Below are positions 1-9,329 of a DNA stretch of 64,000 nucleotides, in pieces. Source of the DNA: an uncultured archaeon (GTDB lineage Archaea > Nanobdellota > Nanobdellia > Woesearchaeales > CAIVOO01); assembly GCA_903842985.1 (NCBI GenBank), contig CAIMOB010000014.1, forward strand, positions 14,897 to 78,896. Reading direction: 5' to 3'. Below the pieces are notes generated by a model. That model was given only the letters and a program-made list of their open reading frames with translations, was not told the DNA's origin and made no database searches. The position numbers and the translations under genes were made by a program. The number at the start of each line of letters is the position of its first letter. Position 1 is the first letter of the stretch.

Positions 1-983
1 GAAAGGTTTTCAATCGCCTTTCTCTTTAATTTTTCATCGCCGAGGCATGCGCCTATCCCAAGCGAGGCTTTCTGAAGCCTTCCGCAGGCATTCAGTATTG
101 TCGAGAACTCCCTCACATCCTTGAATGCGCCTTTTTCCCTGACAAGCAGATAATTGTTTGCAAAGATGTCCTCTGGCTTTTCCTCATTCATGCGCTTGAT
201 TATTATTCCCGACGCCAGCTTCTTTTTCTCAGCATCTGTCAGGTCGCAGAGCTTCCTGAATTCATAGCCGTTCCTGTGCGGAATGCCGAGCTCCTGAAGA
301 AACTCGATTGTCCTGAATTCGTCGCCGTAAATCTCGGGGATTTTTGGCTCGCAGTACTGCAGAAGCTTGTGTATGGGCTTTGAGTAGGTGCCGAAGAACT
401 TGAAGCCCCTCTTCACCTCTATCAAATCCCGCTCGATTGCCGTCTGCAGGATTTCGTCGTTCAGCTTTTCAAAGCCGTTGTCCTCCTGGACATCGCCGAT
501 TGCGCCGACAATTGCAATGTGCGCAAGGTCGATGTTTTTTGGGTCAAGCTCGCTTGCAAACAGATAAACAATCCCCGAGCCTGAGATTTCCCTTCCGCCG
601 TCTATGCCGTAAACATTCGGGTTGACGTGCACAACAGCCGGATTTTTTGTCTCCTCTTCAATTCCGTGGTGGTCGAATATGAACACATTCTTGCCTATGA
701 GCCTGTCAGCGATTGTCTTCAGCCTTCCTGAGCCGATGTCAACGAAGAAATAATTCTTGTATTTTTCCTTTGCAAACGAGTCAATCAGCTCAGTCGTCAG
801 CTGGGGAACAATTGATATGGAGTAGCGCATGTTTTCGGAATTAAAAACTTTCACAAGAATTGAGCAGGAAGCAATGCCGTCAGCGTCAAGATGCGCAATG
901 ACTCTTGCGGGCTCCTTCTTGTCCAGCTGCCTGAACCTTGCTACAGCTTCCTTTACACTGTCCTTGAACTTTTGATATTTCAA
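1..983 (-). CDS. DHH-family phosphoesterase (RecJ-like/GAN-like); C-terminus lies beyond the window start
   Basis: My reverse-strand translation from 983 gives (M)KYQKFKDSVKEAVARF...VIAHLDADGIASCSIL (DHH motif I, DxDxDG) and later FIFDHHGIEEE (the DHH signature). The ORF is continuous and runs off at position 1. The only in-frame start after the upstream stop is TTG at 981-983, so the start is uncertain. The ORF track missed it because it is partial and has a non-ATG start. uS15 followed by a RecJ-like gene is a common archaeal gene order. Confidence 0.6.
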   Translation of the reverse strand, partial: MKYQKFKDSVKEAVARFRQLDKKEPARVIAHLDADGIASCSILVKVFNSENMRYSISIVPQLTTELIDSFAKEKYKNYFFVDIGSGRLKTIADRLIGKNVFIFDHHGIEEETKNPAVVHVNPNVYGIDGGREISGSGIVYLFASELDPKNIDLAHIAIVGAIGDVQEDNGFEKLNDEILQTAIERDLIEVKRGFKFFGTYSKPIHKLLQYCEPKIPEIYGDEFRTIEFLQELGIPHRNGYEFRKLCDLTDAEKKKLASGIIIKRMNEEKPEDIFANNYLLVREKGAFKDVREFSTILNACGRLQKASLGIGACLGDEKLKRKAIENL

Positions 984-989
984 TATGAT

Positions 990-1445
990 TTATTCTAAGT
1001 AAAATCTTGCCTGTGACGGATCATAGACCCATTCCTTTGGCAGAACCTTTGACTTTTTGTAATACTTGACAAGCCTTCTGATTTTTGACTCGGCGAGGTG
1101 AAGGCCGCGGATTGCCGCCTTGTCTTTTTTGTTTGTCTCAAGATGCTTTTTGATTGCAATGCTTCTTTTAATCAGTGCTGAGATGTCCTCAGGAAGCTTT
1201 TTTGTAAGTTTCTTTTCCTTGAGTATCTGCGTTATTGTGACGCCTGTTATTAATTTGACATCGGGGATTCCATACCTGTCCCTCAGATGAAGCCCAATCT
1301 GTGATGCTGTCAATCCCTCTTTTGCGAGCTTTGCAATAATAAGTTCAATCTCGTTTTTCTTGTAGCTTATCCAAGTTGGAGTTGTTTTTTGCGCAGGCTT
1401 TGTGCTCCCTGCCTTCCCCTTTGCTCCAGAATGCATTCGTGACAT
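990..1445 (-). CDS. rps15: 30S ribosomal protein uS15 (archaeal S15P/S13e)
   Basis: From the internal Met the protein reads MSRMHSGAKGKAGSTKP...LHLRDRYGIPDVKLITG, which fits the archaeal S13e/S15P N-terminus and is about 150 aa. The 34-aa N-terminal extension in the ORF track is probably not translated. Confidence 0.85.
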   Translation of the reverse strand: MSRMHSGAKGKAGSTKPAQKTTPTWISYKKNEIELIIAKLAKEGLTASQIGLHLRDRYGIPDVKLITGVTITQILKEKKLTKKLPEDISALIKRSIAIKKHLETNKKDKAAIRGLHLAESKIRRLVKYYKKSKVLPKEWVYDPSQARFYLE

Positions 1446-1580
1446 TTTATCCCTCCGGCATAAGCGAGCCTTAACCAGCTTATCCTGCATATAACGAGAA
1501 AGGAGGTGGTTTATAAAGGTATCTCTTGCAACCCAATATTTCAAAAAAATTTATAAAGTCTGTTTGCCACAGAGAGTAAA

Positions 1581-1976
1581 ATGATGTACATCCGAGGCGG
1601 ATTGTCAGCAAAGGACATAAGATTTATCCACGGCAAAATGGATTCTGAAGAGCTAAATGAATACGTGGCTGAGTTGACTTTAAAGATGAAAGAGAATGAG
1701 GAGCAGTTTAGAAAATACTTTGAGAATTTAAAGAAACATGTGCATGAATTGGATGAAGAAGCCCGTCAGCAAAGGTACAGGCACGGCGGACTGAGAAGAT
1801 CTGATTTCGTCCTGGACGGAGTCCCAGCTGAAAAGCAAGATCCGATTTTCAAAAGTCCGGAAGATGTCCGCAGGGTACACGACGCAATTGCAAAGGCATG
1901 CGAGCCTGAATTTGAGAAGTTTGACGCAGCAAGAAGAGCTTCATGGGCAGCTTCAATTGACCGAATTCTGGACTGA
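1581..1976 (+). CDS. hypothetical protein
   Basis: A 131-aa ORF with charged, coding-like composition. No family recognised. Confidence 0.35.
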   Translation: MMYIRGGLSAKDIRFIHGKMDSEELNEYVAELTLKMKENEEQFRKYFENLKKHVHELDEEARQQRYRHGGLRRSDFVLDGVPAEKQDPIFKSPEDVRRVHDAIAKACEPEFEKFDAARRASWAASIDRILD

Positions 1977-2015
1977 ATTTCTTACATTTTTCTTCGACAT
2001 CAGTGACGAAAAACT

Positions 2016-2378
2016 TCAGCGAAGCGAGTCCCTCAGGCTCTTGACTGTAACATTTGTTGTGGACATCAGGTAGTTAAGATACTTCTCAATGCCTTCGTCA
2101 GAAACAAACGCAGCCATTCTCTCGCCGGCAAATACCTTTTTTGCCCTGTCATATATTTTAAATGCAGCTGCATACTTGGGATCATTATTGTCATTATTCA
2201 AAAGAATAATCATGTCAGCAATTTCCCTGTTCAGCAGGCGCTGCAGCGGGCTGTAGTCAGCCTTCAGCGCCTCCTTTAACAGCCTGCAGCCCTTCTTCTC
2301 CCCCAGAGTGTAAAAGAAAAACAAATCCCTGACTAATTCCTCTGAATATTTCCTGCCACCCATTTTTTTGTGTAACAA
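2016..2378 (-). CDS. hypothetical protein
   Basis: A 120-aa ORF convergent with the previous ORF. No motif recognised. Confidence 0.4.
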   Translation of the reverse strand: MLHKKMGGRKYSEELVRDLFFFYTLGEKKGCRLLKEALKADYSPLQRLLNREIADMIILLNNDNNDPKYAAAFKIYDRAKKVFAGERMAAFVSDEGIEKYLNYLMSTTNVTVKSLRDSLR

Positions 2379-2408
2379 TAATGTATATAAATATGTTATC
2401 CCTCAGAA

Positions 2409-3806
2409 ATGGCCATGGGGGAGCAGTATCTTGGAAATATGCAGTTCACGGAGCGTGTTAAAGAAGAGGCAAACATAGTTGAATTAATAGGGCAGTATGT
2501 CAAGCTGAAAAAATCAGGCAAAAGCTATGTCGGGCTTTGCCCTTTCCACGATGAGAAAACACCTTCTTTTCACGTGACTGAAAATCCCAAATTATACTAC
2601 TGCTTCGGCTGCGGCGAAGGCGGAGATGTCATTGGTTTTTTCATGAAGAAAGAAGGCATGATATTTCCCGAAGCAAGGGATTATGTTGCAAGGGAATCTG
2701 GGATACCGGTTCCAGTTTTCAAAAGGCAATACAAGGGCACTGTCTTAAACACCAGGGATGCGCTTGGAATTGCGCAGGAATTTTTTTCAAGAAACATAAA
2801 CAATCATGAAGCAGCAGCGTACTGCATGGAAAGGGAGCTTGACGAGGCAACAATAAAGCAGAGGGGCATTGGCTATGCTCTAAACAACTGGCATGCGTTG
2901 AAAAATAACCTTCTGGGCATTGGATTCAAGCTCGAAGACTTGGTAAGCGCAGGGCTTGTTGGGCAGAAGCGCGACTCGCCAGCAGAGTCAAGGAACCCTG
3001 ATGACTACTATGATTTTTTCAGGAACAGGCTCATGTTCCCGCTGAGGGACAGGTTCGGCCTGCTTGTCGGGTTTGCAGGAAGGGCGATTTCAAGCGAAGA
3101 CGAGATAAAATACCTTAACACAGTTTCGCAGACGAGATTCGGGAAGACATTCTACAACAAGAGCGAAATTTTGTTCGGGCTGTCTGAAGCAAGAAATGCA
3201 ATAAGGGAGACAAAGAAAGTGCTCTACACAGAGGGCTACATTGATGAAGTATCTGCCCGCAAAATCGGGATGGAAAATGTTGTTGCTTCTGGCGGAGTGG
3301 CATTTACGCAGAAGCAGGCAAAGATACTTCGCGATGTCGGCGCTGAAGAAATTATTTTCATCATGGACATGGATGAGGCAGGAATAAGAGCTGCAAAAAA
3401 GGCAGTGCAGGTTGCCTATGCCGTGGGGTTGACCCCGCTTCTGGCGTCGATAAGCAATAAAGATATTCAAAGCAATGAAGAGCTCAGAGGATATGGAAAA
3501 ATAGACCTTGATGTATTGGCAAGGCATTATCGCGATCCTGATATGGTAATGGCTTCGCTGACAATAGGCGACGTTATTGAATTTGTACTGAAAACTTCTG
3601 AAAAACCCAAGGAGCCTGAAGCGCAGAATAAATTACTGGAAGAGATAGTGAGCTACTTTTATCTTTTGCCTGCAGGAAGAAAAATGCTGTGGATAAACAA
3701 GGCAGCAAAAGAGCTTGGGATTCCCGAGGATATTGTGCAGGTAAAATATTTTGAAAGGCTGAAGCAGTCTGTTGTTCCAGAGAGAGGATGTTGCAAGGCG
3801 CGCTGA
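2409..3806 (+). CDS. dnaG: bacterial-type DNA primase DnaG (CHC2 zinc-binding domain plus TOPRIM RNA-polymerase domain)
   Basis: CPFHDEKTPSFHV...YYCFGCGEGGDVIGF is the classic DnaG CHC2 zinc finger. The TOPRIM signatures are YTEGYIDEVS (E-G) and FIMDMDEAG (DxD). The archaeal exosome-associated DnaG lacks this zinc finger. Confidence 0.8.
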   Translation: MAMGEQYLGNMQFTERVKEEANIVELIGQYVKLKKSGKSYVGLCPFHDEKTPSFHVTENPKLYYCFGCGEGGDVIGFFMKKEGMIFPEARDYVARESGIPVPVFKRQYKGTVLNTRDALGIAQEFFSRNINNHEAAAYCMERELDEATIKQRGIGYALNNWHALKNNLLGIGFKLEDLVSAGLVGQKRDSPAESRNPDDYYDFFRNRLMFPLRDRFGLLVGFAGRAISSEDEIKYLNTVSQTRFGKTFYNKSEILFGLSEARNAIRETKKVLYTEGYIDEVSARKIGMENVVASGGVAFTQKQAKILRDVGAEEIIFIMDMDEAGIRAAKKAVQVAYAVGLTPLLASISNKDIQSNEELRGYGKIDLDVLARHYRDPDMVMASLTIGDVIEFVLKTSEKPKEPEAQNKLLEEIVSYFYLLPAGRKMLWINKAAKELGIPEDIVQVKYFERLKQSVVPERGCCKAR

Positions 3807-4263
3807 GTTAAAAATTCTTGCAGAGAATTACATTATCGGCCTCCTGACGCACCCAGTGGAGTATATCAAGCCATTTTTTAGGATAATACCGCCGGAAAGC
3901 TCGTTTTTTTCGCCGGAGCTCAGGGAGGTCTATAAAATAATAATTGAGGAGACACCGCAGGAGTTGCCGCTGAAATCACCGTCAAACCACCAGACAGATT
4001 TTGTGGAGGATGATAAAATCGAGAAAGCGTTCAACCATCTGCGAATGAGGTACAAGGAGAAGAAGCTCAAGGCATTTCCAGCAAACCTGATACGCCGGCT
4101 GATGAATGGGGCGCCGAATGATTTTGAGAAGACAGCAACAACCCTGTTCCATATAGCAAAAGAAGACAGGAGAGCCAGGAAGCTGGAGGAGCTCATAAGG
4201 GCCAGCAGGGAATCAGACACAGAAACAGCTGAAAAAATCTCAACAGAGCTGCTGGAGATGTAG
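3772..4263 (+). CDS. hypothetical protein; possibly the detached C-terminal (helicase-interaction) domain of DnaG
   Basis: A 163-aa ORF that starts 35 nt before the primase stop in another reading frame. Combined with the primase it totals about 628 aa, close to full-length DnaG. A frameshift or split gene is plausible. Confidence 0.4.
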   Translation: MFQREDVARRAELKILAENYIIGLLTHPVEYIKPFFRIIPPESSFFSPELREVYKIIIEETPQELPLKSPSNHQTDFVEDDKIEKAFNHLRMRYKEKKLKAFPANLIRRLMNGAPNDFEKTATTLFHIAKEDRRARKLEELIRASRESDTETAEKISTELLEM

Positions 4264-4264
4264 C

Positions 4265-6313
4265 ATGGCTGAAGAATTTGTTTCTATGATTCGCAATGGC
4301 AAAGAAAGTAAATGCAAAATCCAGTCCCTCGCAACAGTTAAAAAGAGGGTTGAAAAATTTTTAGCTGACAATGAGCTTGGCCCCAAAGACCCGATTAACA
4401 AGGTGCAGCTCAGAAGCGCAGACCAAAATTTGTTTTATCAGCTATGCCTTCACAGTTATCTTCTTTCAGGCAAGATGAACGCAACTCCTGCACTGCTTAA
4501 AATGGGATTCAGCACGCCTGTGAAAAGCGATTATGAAATGTCCACTGTCCAGGTTGAAGAATACATCAGGCAGGCGATACCGAAGGAGACTGCTGAGGAA
4601 ATATACAGCGGACACAGGAGGGTGTACCTGAAAAAGCATTTTAGGAACTGCGGCAAGCTGGTGTGGCAGGCATACCGCGGCTGCACAGCCAACGGCAGGT
4701 CGGATTTCAGGAGAGGGAGGCTGGTGGAAATAATAAACAGTCTGTATCCTGACCTTCAGGAAAAATACAACGGCAAAAAGCTCTATCCGCTTCTTCGGGA
4801 AAGAAGGCTTACAGAAAGCTACCTGCATGACAATCTAAGAAAACTGTATTTTGACGAAAAAAGCATTTCAAATTCAGGGCTGCGCGCCCAGCCAAACGGA
4901 AGAAAAATGGTTTATGCAATTGGATGCTCCTCTGCAGACAGGCAGATGGAGCTTTTCGAGAATGAGGCTAATTTCATGAAAAAGGCAGCCAGGCTGATGG
5001 GCATAAAGGGGCTGTCGCACAGCGACCTGTGCATGGATGGACAGGATGCAACGACCTGCATCGGAAACATAGCAGAAGGGCAGCTTTTGTTTTTGCTGGC
5101 TGCTGTGATGAAGTACGACCCCAAGTGCAGGGCAATGGGCAGTGAGTTCAGGGAAATATTCGGCTCAGAGATACACGAAATCTTTTCAAAAAATGAGATA
5201 GACAGGGTGGCGCTTCCAGGCAGCCCAGACGAGTTCTTTTCTGACGGCAGGCTGATATCAGCCAAAGGGGACCTTCTTCTGGAGGTGAAGGTGCAGCAGT
5301 CGCTTGACCGCCGCGGAGTTCCGAATGTCATAAAGAAATACGAAAAACAGAATTACTGGGCAGACGGCGGGAAAATAGACAGGAAAATCATGCTCATCTA
5401 CACGCCTGACGAGCGTCTCAGGAACAACCTGGCGAACAGCGAGCAGTTCACACTGATTGCAGGAGAGCAATTTTCAGAGTTTTATTCCAAAGCAATAGAA
5501 TTAATCAGGAAAAATGAGCCTGGGTTCTTCTGCTCAGCAAAAATCCCAGTCAGCTCGGACACGCTGCTTCATATTAATGACATTGTCTGCGGAAAGCCCC
5601 ATCTGCTGCTGGAGAGAAACAAAAGATGGATGAGGCAGTGGGCAGCTAAAATGCTCAGCGAGAACTACGAATGCCTGCTCAGCGGAGAGAGGGTTCCCGG
5701 CAGGCAGAAGTTTGACTATGAATACATTGCGCCGTTTGAGGATTTCAGAAATTTTTACGGAAAAAAAGCAGACTTCACACTGGAAGAAGACTGCCTGATT
5801 CTGGACCTGGAAACAGCGGGGCTTAACAAGGCAATTGAGCCGATAATCCTGATAGGAATGGCTTACCAGCAGGATGGGAAAATGCAGACGCATGTGCTTT
5901 TTTCCAGGAACCCGAGCGAGGAAAAAAAGGCGCTGCAGGACTTCAAGCGCATAAGCAGCAGGCATAAAAAAGTTGTGACTTTTAACGGCGAGCCCTTTGA
6001 CATTCCATATCTGAGAAAAAGGATGATTGTCAACAGGGTGCTGCCGGATTTGAACATTGAGAACATAGACCACTATCCTAATTTCAGGAAATACGCCCAG
6101 TCTGAGCAGTTCCCAAAGTCAGGGCTGAAGATTTTTGAAAGAAACCAAATCCATAAAAAAAGGGAGAAGGATGTTGATGGAAGCGAGATTCCTGAGATAT
6201 ACTACAACTTCATCTACGGCAGGGAGGATTATCTTATTCCATCAATGATTTCCCACAACCAGCATGACTTGATAACGCTTGCGATGATGCATAAGCTGCA
6301 GGGGAAATACTGA
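4265..6313 (+). CDS. large nuclease-like protein: central PD-(D/E)xK-like motif plus C-terminal RNase H-like (YprB/DnaQ-like) 3'-5' exonuclease domain
   Basis: The C-terminus carries ILDLETAGL ... VTFNGEPFDIPYL ... H..D, a DEDD/RNase-H-like exonuclease signature. Mid-protein, GDLLLEVKVQ...LIYTPDE resembles the D...E-x-K motif of restriction-endonuclease-fold proteins. No Walker A motif is visible. The start codon directly follows the previous stop. Confidence 0.6.
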   Translation: MAEEFVSMIRNGKESKCKIQSLATVKKRVEKFLADNELGPKDPINKVQLRSADQNLFYQLCLHSYLLSGKMNATPALLKMGFSTPVKSDYEMSTVQVEEYIRQAIPKETAEEIYSGHRRVYLKKHFRNCGKLVWQAYRGCTANGRSDFRRGRLVEIINSLYPDLQEKYNGKKLYPLLRERRLTESYLHDNLRKLYFDEKSISNSGLRAQPNGRKMVYAIGCSSADRQMELFENEANFMKKAARLMGIKGLSHSDLCMDGQDATTCIGNIAEGQLLFLLAAVMKYDPKCRAMGSEFREIFGSEIHEIFSKNEIDRVALPGSPDEFFSDGRLISAKGDLLLEVKVQQSLDRRGVPNVIKKYEKQNYWADGGKIDRKIMLIYTPDERLRNNLANSEQFTLIAGEQFSEFYSKAIELIRKNEPGFFCSAKIPVSSDTLLHINDIVCGKPHLLLERNKRWMRQWAAKMLSENYECLLSGERVPGRQKFDYEYIAPFEDFRNFYGKKADFTLEEDCLILDLETAGLNKAIEPIILIGMAYQQDGKMQTHVLFSRNPSEEKKALQDFKRISSRHKKVVTFNGEPFDIPYLRKRMIVNRVLPDLNIENIDHYPNFRKYAQSEQFPKSGLKIFERNQIHKKREKDVDGSEIPEIYYNFIYGREDYLIPSMISHNQHDLITLAMMHKLQGKY

Positions 6314-6387
6314 CTGAGAATTGCCTGAACACAGCAGTTTTCGTCGGGGCTGGTGACAAAACCTGCAGGAAATATCTCCGTTGACAT

Positions 6388-7269
6388 GTGCATATTAAAT
6401 CCACAAATCTTATATACCACTTCTGCACGAAACCGGCCATGGTTAAAGCACTAATCGATCAGCTTGAAAAAATTTTAAATAATAAAGGCTTGCCCAAAAA
6501 AGAGTATTTTGAGCTTATATTTGACACGCTTCTAAGCATTTACCTAAAGAAGAATTACCTTCCTTACGCAGACCAGGCTAAATCAAAAAAAGAATCAGGA
6601 ACAGAAGACGGGAATTTATTCTCAGCAATTCTTGCTTATCTGCCGGACATAAGGGACCCCAGGTTCATAGATGACAAAATTTATGACAAGATGCCTGTTT
6701 TTGAAAGGCTTGAAGACATTGACTTTGACAAGCATATTGAACGATTGTCATTAAAATCCCACGACGGCGCAATTATTTTTGATGATAATTATATCTCAGA
6801 CAGGTACATTGTTTTCAAAAATTTGTCGAATACTGCAATAAAGGTTATCCAGGACAGGGTTGGAGAAACAGAAGCGAAAAAAATCAGGCTTTTGTACGAC
6901 ATTTTGCCTTATTTTGCTCCAAAAACATTTTCAGACCCAAGCGGAAGAGGGGAAATCCAGGCTGGTGCAAAAAGCGAAACAGCTTTTGAACTGCCTCTTG
7001 CAATAGATGGTGCAGTTAGTTTTATGCTGAAGAGCACTGTCTTCAAAAACAATCTGGGAAAAGTCATAATGTGCGACCATTTTGGCTTAAGTTTGGAGGG
7101 CTATCTTGACAATATCCCAAATCTGGATGAAATTTACTATTTGGACAAGGAAAAAAATATTGTAATAATAAAAGAGCATTATCAGTATGATCCAGAGCTA
7201 AGAATAGTTGTGCCATTCAAAAAAGAGATAATAAAACCAAGTTATTTGAATCTGCCTAAGGCTGCTTAA
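6388..7269 (+). CDS. hypothetical protein
   Basis: A 293-aa ORF. The real start may be the internal MVKALIDQLEK. No family recognised. Confidence 0.45.
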   Translation: MHIKSTNLIYHFCTKPAMVKALIDQLEKILNNKGLPKKEYFELIFDTLLSIYLKKNYLPYADQAKSKKESGTEDGNLFSAILAYLPDIRDPRFIDDKIYDKMPVFERLEDIDFDKHIERLSLKSHDGAIIFDDNYISDRYIVFKNLSNTAIKVIQDRVGETEAKKIRLLYDILPYFAPKTFSDPSGRGEIQAGAKSETAFELPLAIDGAVSFMLKSTVFKNNLGKVIMCDHFGLSLEGYLDNIPNLDEIYYLDKEKNIVIIKEHYQYDPELRIVVPFKKEIIKPSYLNLPKAA

Positions 7270-7277
7270 CTTAAAAA

Positions 7278-7688
7278 TTATTTAATTCTGGAAATATCCC
7301 CGTCAATAACAACCGGCTTTACAGCTTCAATCTCAGTTCTGTAATTCATGTCAGGGATTGGGTTCCAGAGGAATATCTTCTGGTTCAGGACATGGGCAAA
7401 TCCGATTTCCATCAGCGTGTTTCCGCCAATATAATTCTTGACATTGTTCTTGTCCAGATTCATGACAAGAAGCGCATCAGCGCCCTGCATTGCTTTCCAG
7501 AAAACGCGGATTGCGTCCCTGTTGTATTTTTGGTAAAGCTTGATTTTCTCCAGTTCCTCTTCTGTTTTGCCTACCAGCGCCTTGTGCAGGTCTGTTACAA
7601 ACGCATCATGGCCCAGCTTTCTCAGCTTGTCGCGTATTTCAAGAATTTTTTCAACAAACTGCATGGAGCCTGCTATTCCGATTCTCAT
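7278..7688 (-). CDS. nucleoside 2-deoxyribosyltransferase-like / DNPH1 (Rcl)-family protein
   Basis: MRIGIAGSMQF... and ...GGNTLMEIGFAHVLNQKIFLW match the Rossmann-like layout of the deoxyribosyltransferase/Rcl family (conserved E in T-x-x-E-x-G). I trimmed the start to the internal Met (MRIGIAG). Confidence 0.5.
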   Translation of the reverse strand: MRIGIAGSMQFVEKILEIRDKLRKLGHDAFVTDLHKALVGKTEEELEKIKLYQKYNRDAIRVFWKAMQGADALLVMNLDKNNVKNYIGGNTLMEIGFAHVLNQKIFLWNPIPDMNYRTEIEAVKPVVIDGDISRIK

Positions 7689-7689
7689 T

Positions 7690-8037
7690 TTACCTGAACA
7701 CAACCTGCCCTTTTGTGAATTTTGAGACATCTGATTTTGTTATGTTTACAAAAGGACCGACTTCCCTGTTTATCTTGTTGTACAATCCCAGCCCTTTCTG
7801 CGTCAGCCTCAGCTGCCTGCTGCTGTAATTGAGATATTTCTTGTTTTCCAAATCCTCAAGGTTCTTGTACAGTGCCCTGATTGATTTGTCGCAGATTTTC
7901 GCCTTCTTCGCCATTTCAATGAAGCTTATTTTCGAGACAGACATTGAAAGCGGAGCATCAGAAAATCTTTTGTTGCACTCCTGCAGGTAGTGGCACAGGG
8001 CATAGAGAACTATTTTGTGCTTTTTGCTGACCCCCAT
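7690..8037 (-). CDS. putative winged-helix DNA-binding protein
   Basis: A small 115-aa protein with an HTH-like segment (SVSKISFIEMAKKAKICDKSIRALYKNLEDLENKKYL). It sits divergent from an intergenic region rich in palindromes. Confidence 0.45.
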   Translation of the reverse strand: MGVSKKHKIVLYALCHYLQECNKRFSDAPLSMSVSKISFIEMAKKAKICDKSIRALYKNLEDLENKKYLNYSSRQLRLTQKGLGLYNKINREVGPFVNITKSDVSKFTKGQVVFR

Positions 8038-8228
8038 TTTACATAGTTAATTATTTGGATTTTTTAAAGGTTTCCCTAGAACACGTTTCCAGCTTTGCTG
8101 GAAACTAGTCAATTATGACACTTGTAAAATAGTCTCTATCCGATCAAACGCTTTCTCTTCTAGAGAAAGGGTTTGTTTTAAAGGTTTCTTTGGAAATATT
8201 TATATACAAAGACGCCCTAAATATATGT

Positions 8229-8522
8229 ATGAAAAGGTTAATTCTGCTGGTTCTTGTGGTTTCGCTAGTCCTGACAGGCTGCGCGAATACAAGCAATAAT
8301 ATAACTGGCGCAGCAGTTGGCGCGCCATGCGAATGCTCTGATTCAGATGGATTGAATCCAAACACAGCAGGAATAACAATCATTAATTCTGATGGCAAGA
8401 CAATCACCAGGCATGACCAATGCATTGCAAATTTTGTCACAGAATATTACTGCGAAGACTGCCAGCTCCTGAGCAAGAACTTCAGGTGCGAGAACGGATG
8501 CAATGAAGGCGCTTGCCAGTAA
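8229..8522 (+). CDS. small Cys-rich secreted lipoprotein (lipobox LTGC)
   Basis: MKRLILLVLVVSLVLTGC signal peptide with a lipobox, followed by a Cys-rich domain. TATA-like TTTATATA at 8199-8206 sits about 25 bp upstream, suggesting a leaderless transcript. The ORF-track start at 8190 is probably too early. Confidence 0.55.
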   Translation: MKRLILLVLVVSLVLTGCANTSNNITGAAVGAPCECSDSDGLNPNTAGITIINSDGKTITRHDQCIANFVTEYYCEDCQLLSKNFRCENGCNEGACQ

Positions 8523-8525
8523 TTA

Positions 8526-9284
8526 CTATTTTCTCATCTGCACAATGCCATCATATCTTTTATAAAACACAATTACAAGAACAGCTGCAAGCGTTCTTAT
8601 AAAACTAAATTTAAACAGTCTCCTTATTAAAAAATTAAGCCTGGGGATTTTATTGGGTTTATCATACAATGCAAAATTTATGTATTCTGCGCGGGGGTAT
8701 ACTCTAAATTCCCTAAAACCTGCCTTCTTTGCAACTTTAACAATCTTTTTAGGAGGCATATCCTTCTCAGTAACACCAAACCTTTTAACAGCATTAACTG
8801 CGTTTATAGTCTTTGAATGGCCCGCGCCAGGTTCAGATACAATGCAAATCCCATTAGGTTTAAGCGAGTTATAAGCTGTTCTTAATGCCTTTTCTTCATT
8901 TACTGCATGATGCAAAGAATCTATAAACACAACACAGTCAAAGTTTGAATAAGAATTAATATTTTTTTCATAATCCCATTGAACAAATCTCAGATTTTTA
9001 AGTTTCTCCTGTGTTTTTTTTGCGGCAGCATGCTTAATTGATTCAGATGATATATCCACCCCAACAACATCATAGCCTCTCTTTGCAAAAAATATGCTTG
9101 TCCACCCTGTTCCGCAGCCCATATCTAATACTTTTGCAGGAGGATTCGGCAATAGAGACATAATTGCGCCCATCTCTGCCATTAATGCTCCGCATGCATC
9201 ATCGGAAAACGGCTTGTTTATTGAGTGCATGACTCCGCATTTTCCAATATTTTTCAGATAATCTATTTCTCCCTGCTTTGTCAT
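8526..9284 (-). CDS. class I SAM-dependent methyltransferase
   Basis: Motif I VLDMGCGTGWTSIFFAKRGYDVVGVDIS. I trimmed the start to Met55 (MTKQGEIDYL) because the longer ORF-track version would read through the tRNA gene. Confidence 0.7.
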   Translation of the reverse strand: MTKQGEIDYLKNIGKCGVMHSINKPFSDDACGALMAEMGAIMSLLPNPPAKVLDMGCGTGWTSIFFAKRGYDVVGVDISSESIKHAAAKKTQEKLKNLRFVQWDYEKNINSYSNFDCVVFIDSLHHAVNEEKALRTAYNSLKPNGICIVSEPGAGHSKTINAVNAVKRFGVTEKDMPPKKIVKVAKKAGFREFRVYPRAEYINFALYDKPNKIPRLNFLIRRLFKFSFIRTLAAVLVIVFYKRYDGIVQMRK

Positions 9285-9329
9285 TTTAAAATACTTCTGC
9301 CCCCAAAATGTTATATGATTTAAGTATGA

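Noticed and set aside
437-625. 62-aa plus-strand ORF
   Set aside because: It lies antisense inside the DHH phosphoesterase reading frame and has Arg/Cys-rich junk composition.
3090-3527. 145-aa and 62-aa minus-strand ORFs inside dnaG
   Set aside because: They are antisense to a gene with strong primase motifs and have low-complexity, Cys/Phe-rich composition.
5534-6073. 179-aa minus-strand ORF
   Set aside because: It is antisense within the exonuclease-domain region of the 682-aa protein and has no motifs.
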